Shown: in pieces, positions 35,571-48,337 of the stretch
Layout of the letters: each line of letters begins with the position of its first letter
Numbering within the stretch: position 1 is the first letter of the stretch
The notes under the pieces: generated by a model
What the model was told of the DNA's origin: nothing
Database searches by the model: none
Seen by the model: only the letters and a program-made list of their open reading frames with translations
Position numbers and translations under genes: made by a program
Source: Marsupella aquatica
Lineage: Eukaryota; Plantae; Marchantiophyta
NCBI GenBank assembly: GCA_973895155.1
Contig: OZ316894.1
Coordinates: 5,790,944-5,854,943, forward strand
Direction of reading: 5' to 3'
DNA: 64,000 nucleotides

Positions 35571-38500
35571 ATGAAAACTTCCAAGTACTTCAAAACAACG
35601 ACGACGTGGAATTGGAAAGCCATGTCCCGAAGCCGCAGAAACGTAATAGCCGGGGTCACGACGAAGTTGGATTACATTGCGTTCTCCCTCATAATGCTGT
35701 CTGGAATGTCGGGGTTGATAATCATGCTGTACAATGTCGCCTGTCACGGTTCTTCAAGTTTTGTGTGCAAAAGTCCTGACTGGGACAAGCAGAGAGGAAT
35801 GTGGATGGATCGGCACCCAACTCTGAGGCCACTCGAGGGCCAGCGGCCCAGAATTATGATGGTCACAGGTTCCTCTTCCCAACCGCGTGAGTCTGCAGTC
35901 TTGAATCGTGCTATTCTGCAGTCTGCAAAGAACAAAGTCGACTACTGTAGGTTGCATGACATTCCGCTCTACTACAGCACGGGTAACCCAGCTCGAAATG
36001 AAGAATTCAATGTCCGGTTCAGAGGTGACTGGTGGGTGACACTTCCTTTAATTCGGATGCTCATGCTCCAACATCCAGAGGTAAGCGACTGTAGCTTTCC
36101 AAGCATCATAGATCTGCCAAAGTATCTCACATTGATGCTTGCAATTGTGACCCTGCATATACTTCATCAATTCAGAGATTCGCATTTAATTTGTTAGAAG
36201 GCTTCGTCAATAAGATGAGTCGCTATATGTATCTCCAACAGAAGCTGAATTCTCTTCTGCATATTTACTAATGTCACCATTGTGATTGACTGTTGGCTAG
36301 GTATGATCATCATATATAGATCTGAACCAGAATTTACGTAATACCATTAAGGAGGTGGTCTAAGAATAACGAATTCAATCGAGATCCAGGGCTGTGTACG
36401 AAAAGTACAGTCGAAGTAGACTTGGACGTTGACCCTGCCAAATGGTTAGAACTCAATGTGGCGCTTAATTGTGGCAATGTAGAATCCTAGATTACAAGAT
36501 TCTTGTGCCACTCGCTAATATTCAAGGAGATCTTGAATTGATACCTTGTAAGTCCATGCATCTGATGTGGATTCTGATCCCAGTGCTTGATTCCGTTGCT
36601 TGATCAAATTTCGAGCCACCAAAAATGTGACTGGTCCCAGCTTAAATATTGGAAGTGTAAATCACGACTGAGGTTTCGTTTCAGATGTTAATCGAGGGCG
36701 CGAAGCCGTCATTCGTGTCTGCTTATTTGATGATATTCTTACTGCTTCCGACTCATCAACTCGAGCTGGACATCCTAAATGATCTCTGTTAAATTGTCGG
36801 TCAGGTGGAGTGGATGTGGTGGGTAGATGTAGACGCAGTGTTCACGGACATGTCTTTGGAGCCCCCATTTGCAGCCATCAAGCACCACAACTTGGTGTTA
36901 TTTCGCGAAAACCGCAGCGTCGTCAAGACGAATATCCACACTGGGAACTACCTGATCCGAAATTGCCAGTGGACTTTGGATCTCATTCGATTGTGGGAGA
37001 CCGCCAGCAGTACTACGAAGGCGGGTGATCATCATTTGTCCTCGTCAGCGAATGAATTTGCTGCTGCAAGGAAATTACCGAAAACATTTGACGCTCGCAA
37101 GTTGATGGTGACATCTCTAGTAGCTTATCCTCAGGATGATGCGGCCCACAAGGTAATAGAGACGGAGAGCTGGATAATTGTTGCACCTCATCTAGAGGAA
37201 CTGCAAGGGAACCTGCAGCAGAAGGAGGATCATGGCAAATTGCCTCTGGTGACACACTTTGCGGGCTGCATTCCATGCGGTACCTGCCCTCCCAACCATG
37301 GACAGCCAAAGGCGCCATTAACGGAGGAGCAACAGTCTCAGTACGTCTGCCTAGAGCAACTGGATCGCACATTTGACTTCGCAGACAACCAGGTATGGTA
37401 ATCACGGGATGCTGCAAGCAAAATTCGAGGTTTCTTAAGTTTCCCGAGTAGGTCCTGATCACCCATGCACAACTTTCATTTAGCTGTTGAACTCCAAAGC
37501 TCATCATAAGCGAGATAATTTATATATCCTGAAGCTGTGCCAGAAAGCAGAAAATTTCAGCTTTCACAGAGGATCTCACGCCAGTTTCATGGTCACCAAT
37601 CGCAGGACATTTCAATGATGAGTATATATATCTAGAATTCATTGGTACCAGGGTATACTCACTAGGGGTGGTTTGCATTGTACATTCTCTATCCAGATCT
37701 ATGGTCATTACGGCTTCCAACGACGTGCTCTAGGCAGCTCAAAGATGGAACCCTTTCAGAGCGTGGATGTGACGGAGGATAGGGCTGCAACAGATCATAG
37801 CCTAGAAGAGTTCAGCATGCTGCCCAAGATGATCCTCTGGGATGAGCTACGAAGTGCGCACAACGAAAAATCCGCTGTGGCTGGCACGACAGAAGAAGTG
37901 ATTCTCGTCAGCGGCTCATCTCCAGAACCCTGTCATCGAGCCGTCGGGGATCAAATTCTGGTCAGGTACGAGACTACACACAGTAAAACTGCTGCTGCTG
38001 TAGCGATTCAGGCAGCCACATCTTTTATGAACCTTCCAAATTTATCATACGTGAGCTGAATCTGTCTTCACACATGTGGTGGTCCATCTTACGATTACAT
38101 TAAAGTTCGTTCTACTACCGATATTCAGAATCGATGACTAAAATCTAGAGATTCTACTTTTTTGGAGAATTCGATCTGATCTAATTGAGATAAGTTGTAC
38201 AGTGCTATTGTGATTGGGATTTGAGATTGTTATATAAGGTTTGTCAGGGATTTATTTTAGCTTTCATAGTCCGTGGGCCTTGGGTTGGAGATTCACAGGG
38301 GATTGAAGAACAAAATCGATTACTGCCGTTTGCATGGAATCGAGATCTTCTACAACATGGCTGCGATAGCCAAGCACTTCACGGGTTGGTGATCTCAATG
38401 ACACATCTCTCTTCTTAAGTAGCCCATCACTACATCGAGAGTGGCCTACATCGATAATGGATGCGGCTTGTAGACTTCTTAAGTAGCCCATCACTTGACG

Positions 38501-40699
38501 TTAGGGATATATTTCCAACGTAGTTACCCCCTGGTACATGATAACCCCGTGCAAATTAGCTACAAGAAGGATTTTATTGTCTGTGTTTCCTGAATTGGAT
38601 GTACTCCTCTTTCCTCCCTTGATGGTTTAGGACCAATCGTTGACTTGCCTCCAGAAAATTAGAGAACTGACAGTACCTTAAGGTCGGTTAGCCCATCTAA
38701 CGGGAGAGCCAATACAACGACATTTAGCAAGGTATCAAATGGAATTTTCTGGCTCTTCGTCATGGAATTGTGTCTAGACTGAAATGGAAATAAGGCATTA
38801 ATTTGTATCGTTAGCCTTAGTTCTGACAGTGTATTGATTAACGTACTTTTTGCTTTAATTTATTTCTGTCTACTAATTCCTGACATTCAACTCATAGCAT
38901 GTTATCTACCAAAGCCTTGGCAAATCGCCTCAATTACAAAGCCACGTGTACTACTTAAAACCAAAACAAATTATCATGTACTCTAAACTTGTTGGGGAGT
39001 TTGAGAGTCTGGATTGATAGTTTGTTGAAATCAAGGGCTGCAAAACAAAATTGGTTGTTTGGTTTCAGGGTGGTGGTCTAAGCTTCCCTTGCTGAGGATG
39101 CTGATGCTTAAAAATCCAGGCGTAGAGTGGCTGTGGTGGATGGATAGCGATGCCGTGGTCACTGACATGGACTTTGAAATCCCGTTTAAAAGGTGTTTCC
39201 TTACTCTGACTTGTACTTTATGATTGCGAAGTCTCGATCAAAATTTCAAGATTTGTACACGGTATTTAATGTATCAGATTCAAAATTAGAGCACCGAACT
39301 GCCATCGCCATAGGAAAATGTTTCGAATGAAAGATCTTCCTCTAGTTGGTCTTAATGAAGTCTCCACTGGCAGTACACATTTTGTTGGACATCCACTTAT
39401 CGACAATCTTGCAAAAGATCTACGGAGATCTTTCAAAGAAAATAACCGATCCAAAAATGAAACAAAACCGGACAATTGATCAATTCGTTACAAGTTAATA
39501 CAGTAAGTTCTCTTACTACAATCATCATAGCGATGTCGGGACAATTAATCCCGTTTTCGAATCTTGGCTTTGCGGAGAAGAGTCTTAAGATGGAACCACA
39601 GAACCACCAATTACTTTCTGAGATAACTTTTTTGGTACCAGCTCTTGTTAAACTCCTCATGAGCTCCATTTGCAAAATAATGGAGAAATAGCAGAGAGAC
39701 TAATTTGAAGAACAACAAACGCTTTTCCAACCTTGTTTCTTGGCATCTTTGGTCATCCGATAGAACGCTTTTTGAGATTCTTGTAAACGAAGTACCCTCT
39801 TCCTTAAGTGGCGACTGTGCATATTTCTCCAAATAATCCGCTGTTAGTTGGTCACTCCTTTTCAAGCAAAGCCGAAATCTCGATTTCGTTGAAGTGACAA
39901 ACAATTCTGAATTCGATTGCTGAATTTTGCGGCTTGCATTAATTACTCAGCTATTCTGGAGAACCATTAGGAATGTACCTGAATGGTAGCTCTACTGCTC
40001 GAAGCTTTACGTCACTACCCGGACAGCTCAGCTTGGGACAATGAATATATATTGCTTTTCTGGCTCACATTGAATGATGCTTACCAAGTTGTAAGCTAGA
40101 TTGGAATTTGGATGTATGCTTGCAGCAGGTACAATGTTGACGGTGGCTACAACCTTGTAATATACGGGAACGAAAGTCTCTTGTACGACGAAAGGAGCTC
40201 TAAGGCGATCGACACCAGCAATTTTTTTATCAGAAACTGTCAATGGTCCATTGACCTCTTAGACAGGTGGGCTTCTTATGCTACCACCCCTGAGCTTAGA
40301 GAGAAGAATGAACAGGTTATCTCTACTTTTCTGAAGGACAGACAGCCGAATTGGGAGGCTGACGATCAATCTGTTCTAGTGTACATGCTCATCACTGAAG
40401 GGAAGAGGTGGTCAAGTAAAGTGCTATTGGAGAACACTGAGTTGGACATGAGTGGAAACTGGGAGTATTGGACTCCCAGATTTGGGGACAATGTGCCCCT
40501 TTTGTACAAACCTTTTGTGACCCATTTTGAAGGCTGCAAGCCTTGTGGAAAGCAAGTGAACGAGAAGTGTTTGACAGAGATGGACAGGACTTTTGATTTC
40601 GCCGACAATCAGGTTCTCGAATCAGCTGGGGTTTGTCATGAACACCTCGGATCTTCAAATATTGTTAGTTCTTGTAGCATACGACCAGAAATCAAGTGA
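35571..40699 (+). CDS. GT34 glycosyltransferase (xyloglucan xylosyltransferase / galactomannan galactosyltransferase family) with two tandem catalytic domains, ~715 aa; exons 35571-36080, 36805-37392, 37697-37965, 38299-38384, 39069-39192, 40129-40699
   Basis: N-terminal TM, then two sets of motifs: KNKVDYCRLH/KNKIDYCRLH, LPLIRMLMLQHPEVEWMWWVDVDA/LPLLRMLMLKNPGVEWLWWMDSDA, IRNCQW, VTHFxGCxPCG, DRTFDFADNQ. All introns are GT-AG and the 2148 nt are in frame. Start could be 35622. Confidence 0.88.
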
Positions 40700-42048
40700 A
40701 GAGTGGTGTGAGTATTGAAAAGTAGGATCACAAATATTTTTCCCACTCCCTGGGCCAGTCTAAAGGTTTCACTCTAAGCTGTATAGCTTAGTTCTAGAAT
40801 TTCTAGCAATTAATTAATTTAGTTAGATTATGTGGTGGTTGTTTGGGGGGGGGGGGGGGGGGATTACTGAGTGTACAAAATTGATTCAAACTACTTGAAA
40901 GAACCGTTGTTTGAGAATTTGATTGGAGTCATCACCTTCAGTCTTGCAATGGACAAAAAACCTAACAAAGCCTGACCAATTACAAACAAGGAAACCATGT
41001 GGCTTGGGAGATATCCACGATCATGGTTTATGGAGTGACAGGAGGTAGGATATTAATGTGAGGGGGGGGGAGGAGATGTATCCTGGTAGTAGGTTGATAA
41101 GTAAGTTTCACTGTACTGGAGAGTTAGGTGTATCCAAGACTACTGAAGTGTTTCAGGTTCAATGATTGACCAAAGAGGAACTTTAGGGAGGAAATCCTTG
41201 TGTAGAGTATAGAATTGTCAATCTTGAGAATCACTTGGGTCACAAAAGAATGCTTCAAGAAGAAGCTCATTATCCAAGCTTATATCCTATTATATTAGAT
41301 TAATTAATTTCAATTTATTATTCAAATTTTTTTTACATTGTTCTTCTTTTAGAATCCAAATTAATATTTTCTTTTCCCCAATGTATAATCTTGATCCCCC
41401 AAATCTACAATAAATGGTGTCAAAATGTACAACTTTCACTGCCCAAATGTACAATTCTTATGCCCAAAAATAAATATATATGAGTGCCCAAATGTCCAAA
41501 ACAACCAGGGACAACAAGCCCTTCTTAGTCTCAGTATTCCAAACAAGCTCTCTGCTACTGTGCAACTACCCAGGCCCTGCGGATTAAAAAGCATTGGCTA
41601 AATCTCCCAAGCTGTCTTCAAATCCCACTTACTAACCCCTAAACCCTAACACATGTCGCACACGCATGCATGTCAACCAACCTAGTCATATCCTATGTGA
41701 TGGCATTAATGCCTTTGATCACTATAAAATATTTTGCACTAAACTAGGGACCTCTAGGTCCACACTTCTTACCAACTCCGCTAAGTACCAAAGACTTGTA
41801 CAGCTTGATATCAACTCCACCCTCAAGACTAAAATTAGTAATTGTCTGTCCACCACTCCACTTACTTTTTTTGCCTGGTCTCCCTTTTCAGAGGACACCC
41901 AAAATCACCAAAAACAAAAACTGCTCACAAACTTCTACTAATCGAACAAGACCATGTTTAAAAGGAACTGCTCTCCTGGTTGCAACCAAGAAAATAGTTC
42001 TGAGTGTACACTGAGGGATTTTGGACGCCCAAGACCAGTGTCCAAAGC

Positions 42049-42150
42049 CTGGACTCTGCACCTCTAGTCTTCCCTGCCTTAAATGAAATAGTCTCCATTC
42101 TGGGAAGACTAGAGGTGCAGAGTCCAGTCTTCCCTGCCTTAAATGAAATA
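42049..42150. repeat. 26-bp perfect inverted repeat plus a 25-bp direct repeat
   Basis: 42049-42074 vs 42102-42127 inverted; 42066-42090 repeated at 42126-42150. Confidence 0.85.
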
Positions 42151-42352
42151 TCCTTTCTCCTCTCAGGTGCCATTTGGATCATTAAATCCCCATATGGCCC
42201 GTATAAGGTGAGTGTGGGCACACTTTAGGTGAAATAGTCTCCATTCTGGTTTTCCCTGAACAAATACTGACAATAAAATATCCTTTTGGGTTTAAATGGG
42301 CATTTGGATCATTGAATTGACCAGTATGGCCGGGATAGGATGAGTGTGGGGA

Positions 42353-42484
42353 CAGGCATGGCTGTGTGGTAGCTCTTTTGAGTGGACATTGACAGGTCTT
42401 GGGTTCAATAGTTGTGACTGAATATTCCCTTTCTGTGGGGCTTCACAGATTTCCCCTTAAAATTTAAATTAAAAAATATATATT
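42353..42484 (+). mobile_element. tRNA-derived SINE-like insertion with a 10-bp TSD
   Basis: AGTGTGGGGA at 42343-42352 and 42485-42494; B-box-like gggttcaat; AT-rich tail; an uninterrupted paralogous unit lies at ~42170-42250. Confidence 0.72.
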
Positions 42485-45400
42485 AGTGTGGGGAGACTTT
42501 TGGGTGAAATGGTCTCCATTCTGCATGACTGATTTGACAAAGGAGGAATGCAAAAAATTTATTTGTGAAAAAAATTAAGTTACTTGGCTACATGATGTCC
42601 CCTGAGTTGTTCACTTTACATACCAACATCCAGGGCAGTACATAAAAACCAGAACCTTGTTGTTTGCTTTGATCAGGGGCTCCATAGATAGGAACATGGT
42701 GGTGAAAAAGGAGGGAGGATGATGGGCATGTAGCTGAGTGGTTGAGCACTACCACAAGGAGGTCCGAAGTTGAATTCCTAGCTTGCACATGTTATTGAAT
42801 CTTCCAACATGGTATCCCAGAGGTCAGGATCAGAAAGCTCTCTTGAAGTGAGTGTTGGGAATGAACCACACTCAACCATAGATGGTGCAAGGGCATGTAG
42901 CTCAGCTGTGGATCATTAGCATGTACGTGGGGAGGTCCCACGTCCATGTTGTTGAAAGTGTCAATAAACATATCAAACAAGCATTTCGTTCCACACCCTA
43001 ATAAGAGTGCTAACGTGTGATCTAAGTCATGAAACCTGTCATGGATTCACGAAGTCCAGTCCCGTGCTTGGCTACCGATGCCGGAAGTCCCGATGCTTAT
43101 GCAGATGCTCTTTTGCAAGGTCTTGGCAGAAGAATCATTAATTATATAATGGACTCACAATTCTCAAGGTTTAAATCCCTTTTGTAGATAGTACTGGAGT
43201 TCTCATAGTGCTTTGGCATACATGTCTTGGCTTGATCCGGAGGTTCTCAAAGTCTCGCATTTCTTAGATTCGCCTCTGATCCCTACGAAACAATTGAAGC
43301 GCGTTGTGGGGTACGTTTATAAATCCGGCCCGGGCAGCTTTACTCCATTGCTTACTACGACTGGTTTCCATGTTAGAAACCTAGATTGCATCGCCCAATT
43401 CCGCAGAGAGTTACCATCTGTCTCCATCATGCACTCTATTTGACGCTCTAGATTATTGAGCCTCAGCGTATGGAAGTGTCTTGTAGCTACTAGGGTTGAG
43501 GTTAATGATTTTGAATTGCCTAATCCAAACAAGTAGCAATCATTAGAGCTTCGAAAGTATAGCCTAATCCAAACAAGTATCCATCCCATCATTCACTTCT
43601 ACTAGCTTAACGCCCTAGTTGGGTAACCAGCAAATCGACCCTCACAACATGGTCTAATAAAATGCAGAACAGACTTGAGTTCTTCTTCAGTGGCTGCCTG
43701 CCTAGAAACTGCTAAGTACCACGACACTTAGAATTAAGAATCATTTGATAAGTCAATGCGAGTGAAAAAGTCTTCTAAATTTAATCTCAAGCACGCGCCA
43801 TGCCTGGAATTGAGACCTCAAGACCACCGTCCATCAAACTCCAATGAGAGAACGAATATAGTCGAAGGTTGTGGGCGGAAATTTCGATGAACTGAGAGTC
43901 CACAAAAAGTGGGTGCCGACAATGCAATGCAAAAAGGGAAAATCTTCCTGTAAATCTTACGAAACGTAATGCCATTGCATCGGCGAGTCAGCCCCAGCTA
44001 CTTTGTTGGACAATCCCAAAAGCGAAGTTCGTTGATGGACCTCGTTCTGTCTGGATCGATCGATCGCTAAAAACTATTGATCACTGGGCGTGTTATTGAA
44101 TTAGTATATATGATTGAAAGGTAAATAATGAACCACTAATAGACAAGGGTCCGAAGCTTTATCTCTGATCAAAGTTGTATCCCACTCAATCGATGAAATT
44201 TGTCATCTAGCTTCGAACATTTTCAATGAGTTCGCCTTCGCCGAAACATGGGATGGTGACTACTGGACCAGTGTTGTTTCGCGTTCATTCAAGGCCTCAC
44301 CTGCCACCACTGTCCATTCATCCCTGTGCATGTCCGTGCAAGATTAATACGTTTACAAACGCTTGCTCAGTCTACTGTCAGTTTCCGTGATTATTACGCA
44401 ATCCGCAATTGTGCCCAAATTGTTTGAAATTCTAGACAGGTGGCACGTACGCAAGAGGGAAAACCAAAATCAGGGGAAGTCAGTGTAGCAATTGCACAAT
44501 TTTCCCCTTCATTGAGGAAAACGGGTAGTAACTTGAGTTCAATAGACATCTATTCTCTAAGTTTTGGTATGTTTCTCACATATTAAGTTTGTTTCCTCTC
44601 ACCATCCTGAATCTGTTCTGAAAGGGCTCACAACGGATTCCTCGTTTTAGCTAAAAACAGCAATGACTCTGCAGACTGCTGCGATGGTAACAGTTGCACT
44701 GATTTCCCTTTCCTGTTCAAATAGGTATATAAGCTTACCATTAAACGATCTTGATCACAACCAGTGCCACTAAGGTAGATCTTGTATATGCTAGGCTAGA
44801 AATATACCTCAATTCCACCATAAAAGATAGTTTGGACTTTAACTATAATCAAAGAGCTGGTCCTGTTTTGTCGCTCACCTCGTAGGATGGGTCCATACGC
44901 CTTGCTTTAGGACCTCTCGCAAAAGCAACAAAGTTGGCAATGTTGGCAATGTGAATATTTGTCACTGTATCACGAACTTTTTTCATCAACATTAACGGCA
45001 ATCAGAGGTACGAACTGTAATATTGGAGTTCTGACGAAAACCTTGCACGCCTTCCGTATATTTAATTAATTCCCGATGCGTGCAATGCAAATTACAAGAC
45101 TTTGTCAAGGATTTGCTATATATGGTCGGAACGTCAAAGGAATATGATTCCTCTCATCCTCGGGGATATCGGACACCGTCAAAGTTTCGCCCGCAAGAGG
45201 CATCCTGTAGCGCAATGACCGTGCTGCAAAGAAACAAAGATATTGGCAAGTGGTCAATCCATGGAGATTGACAGGAAGCACTCCACTCGGTGGATTGGCA
45301 GCTCAATCCACCGACAAAGCTCCAATGAAATCGAGATATGAGATACACTAATTGAATCGAGGATGCTCGGGACTGAAAAATCCTCACGATTGAAATTGAA

Positions 45401-46112
45401 GTACGTGCAACCGCGTGACATGAAAAGTTGAAGTGTTCATGATGGTCGTGCAATCCATCAGCAACCAATGAGTGGGATGGATACAAGTTGTGCTCAAAGA
45501 TTACGAATGTTACATTATAAACCATTACAAGCCTCGTATTCACAATCATTTCCCTTTTTCCAGAGTTTCTTGGTCCGACTACAGAAGGAGGGATAATCAT
45601 CATCCTGCGGTCAGACTTTCTGTACATGCCTACTACAATGAGTGTCTGGGGAAAAAAATCAAAGAGTCGTGTGCAGATGTCCCTGTGCAAATTTAAAGGA
45701 GCATGAGCGTTTGGGTTTCATCTTTTGCTTTATTCCATCGAAGAAAACTCAAGATGAAGCTTTAAAGCTAACTCAAAAATCAGGCTGCAGTTTCGAATAT
45801 GAGTATCTGAGCGCCCTGACTGGGCTTGAAATCTTTGCTAAACATCCTATGTCTCTCATATGTGCGTGCCGTCGGGTTTTTGTGCCAATTTGAACAAATA
45901 TACAGTGATCGAGACTAGTAATTACATGAGGGGACACTAAAATTAAAGCTTCTTGATGGAGATGTACGGGTTGACAAGATTTTGGCTGTGTTTCTATCTA
46001 CAGTAGGCTACCTGCCTTAGCCATTCAGATCAATGGGAATGTACATAATTACGTACATGATTACTTACAGGGCGGCTGGCTTTCAGAAGGTTCAGACGTT
46101 GAAGTACCTGGG

Positions 46113-48337
46113 CTAGTCCCATGGGTCTGTTGAGACGAAAGTTTGAGTCACTTGTCTCTGGTGAGGGATTTGTTGAGTTAGTTCCTTCCGATAAATATCC
46201 AGGGGAGTGTTCATCCTAGGCTCTACCCAAGAAAATGCATTCTCCAATGAATGGATCATTTTCATGGACTCCCCAGACTGAATGTTATTGCCGAAGTTAC
46301 TTCCCACAAATTGGGATCCTGATTGACAAGGGTTGATAATGCAGCTCACATAATCGAGAGCTCCCCTCGTGGACAGTTGATCCTGGACAAAGAAGTTCTG
46401 CAGTTCCGAAGGGTACATATCACTTGGTATATGTGATCGTTGTGGAAGGACGGTGCGTCTGACTGAGGAGGTGTCTTGAAGCAATTCCTGCATATTATTG
46501 GCAATTGTCGTTGGCCAGGTTGCCGTGGTTTGTTCCTGCTTCAGCTGCTGCTGTGGCTGCTGTACATGTGTAGCTGCTGCTGCGTATCCTCTAGAAGACA
46601 AGAAAGTGGGCGGTATATCCTGCGTTGTACGCTGCATTGAGCCCTCAACGTCCAAATCCTCCGACGTTGTGTCACTCCTCTCCTGAGAACTGGTATCATG
46701 GTCCAATTCAGGACTGGATATACATTCGGACCCTGGCATCACAAAATTGGGTGGAGAAGCGCCGATCAGAAATTGGTGGGGTTCCGTTATCTCCCATTGC
46801 TGACATGGCGGTGAGTGCCGCTGTGCAAGAGTACTTTTTTTGAAAATCTTGCACACAGCCCAAGTGTCCTGGACAAACATAGTCATGCCACAAGCCTCGT
46901 AAGATAATATACTGAAACATTTTCGATTACTCACATCGAATACATATATTCAAATCATCGAATCACTAAAGCTCCATCATTAATACTGGATATCTCGTAA
47001 TTCTGCTGCATCCCAAACCTGGAAGGATTGCTCTCCTGATGCCGTGCACCAACTTACTGGAGAAAATCCCACCTCAGCCGCCTGCATATATGGTTTCCTT
47101 GGATCTTTCAGAGGCAGACTGTAAAGGTCATGAAGCTGGGGTTTGGTATCCCATTTCAGTTGTCCCGGCCGGCATTGCTGTTGCGGAATGCATGCCTTAA
47201 CGTACATGAATTGCCCCACAATCCTAGGGTAGGAAGTTGTCTCATTTTCAACTAGTAGGAAAATCTTCTCATCAATATATTATACAAACCCAATTAAATC
47301 TATTTCTCGGTTTGCAAAGTGAAACTGCCTTCTCTTTGCCCCGAATTTCGACTAGCAGAAATATCTTGGCTGAGCTTGTCCTTTCTGGTAGGCTAAGTGT
47401 TCTCCCTTATCTACACCGGCAGAGACGGAAAGGGAAAAGAAATAAGGCAGTAAGTACAACAAAACAGCTTTGAAATTAACTACAAAAATTTTAAACACTC
47501 TCGTTTCTCAAACGGCCTGACACTGAAAACACTGTGTGGTAAAGACCTCACTTGCTGCACAGCGATCTCATCGCCTTGGACTCGACCGAGAGTGGAAGCT
47601 TCTGACGATGCTGGCATGCGGAACTCGTGCATCATCCAGTCGGTTTTAGTGCTCTTGGCTGCACGACCCGTGTAGAAGACCAACGACTTCTTCAGCCCGA
47701 TGCATTTCTTCGCATCGCTAGAGTAAATGGGCCTGTCTGTGCCTGTGGCCTTCCAAAAACCTGCGCCTGTCACTCGATTCGGTCGAGTGCTGTTCCTGTA
47801 CTTCCGATCTCTTGGGCAGAAGAAATACCACTCTTTCTCACCCTTCAGCGCAGACATATCTGCAGATTGATCGAAGAACAACGTAAGGGAGGGAATAAGA
47901 GTGCGCTGCGAAAGACTTTCTGCACTAATAAACCCAGAAAACATTATAACATTAAGCATTATGATAGCAGCGGAAGCGGAGCAACATGCTAGCTAATCAG
48001 GTCTTATTGTTTCCTGTGAAAGACTAGGGATAAACTTTAGATACGAAGGAACACAAATTGTTGCGTGTAATTATGTGGAAAACCCACTTGGAAGATCCCA
48101 GGGGTCGAACTTGTAGATGTCAAGCTGAGTGATGACGTCCACTGCAGGAGGTCTGTGCACAACCTGGCGACGCAGATAGTAGCCAACAAGTTCCTCATCG
48201 GTAGGATGGAACCGGAATCCAGGCATCACGCCGGCTCCTTGCCCTTGTCCTTGTTGCTGCTGCTGTGACCGCTGATCCATGACTTCAGCGTTACTATTGC
48301 CGCTACTATGATTGATAGGTGCCGTACTCACAAACAT
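46113..48337 (-). CDS. NAC transcription factor, FEZ/ANAC009-like, ~437 aa; exons 48337-48088, 47859-47552, 46868-46113
   Basis: [89 protein letters not shown]. Typical 3-exon NAC structure. Start could be 48280. Confidence 0.93.

Noticed and set aside
39266-39904. ORFs inside GT34 intron 5 as a nested gene
   Set aside because: Short, overlapping, no recognisable motif or splice model.
42725-42790. tRNA gene
   Set aside because: A/B-box-like words are present, but no acceptor stem or cloverleaf can be drawn; more likely SINE debris.
45154-45690. 178-aa minus-strand ORF downstream of the NAC gene
   Set aside because: No domain, atypical composition; probably a chance ORF.
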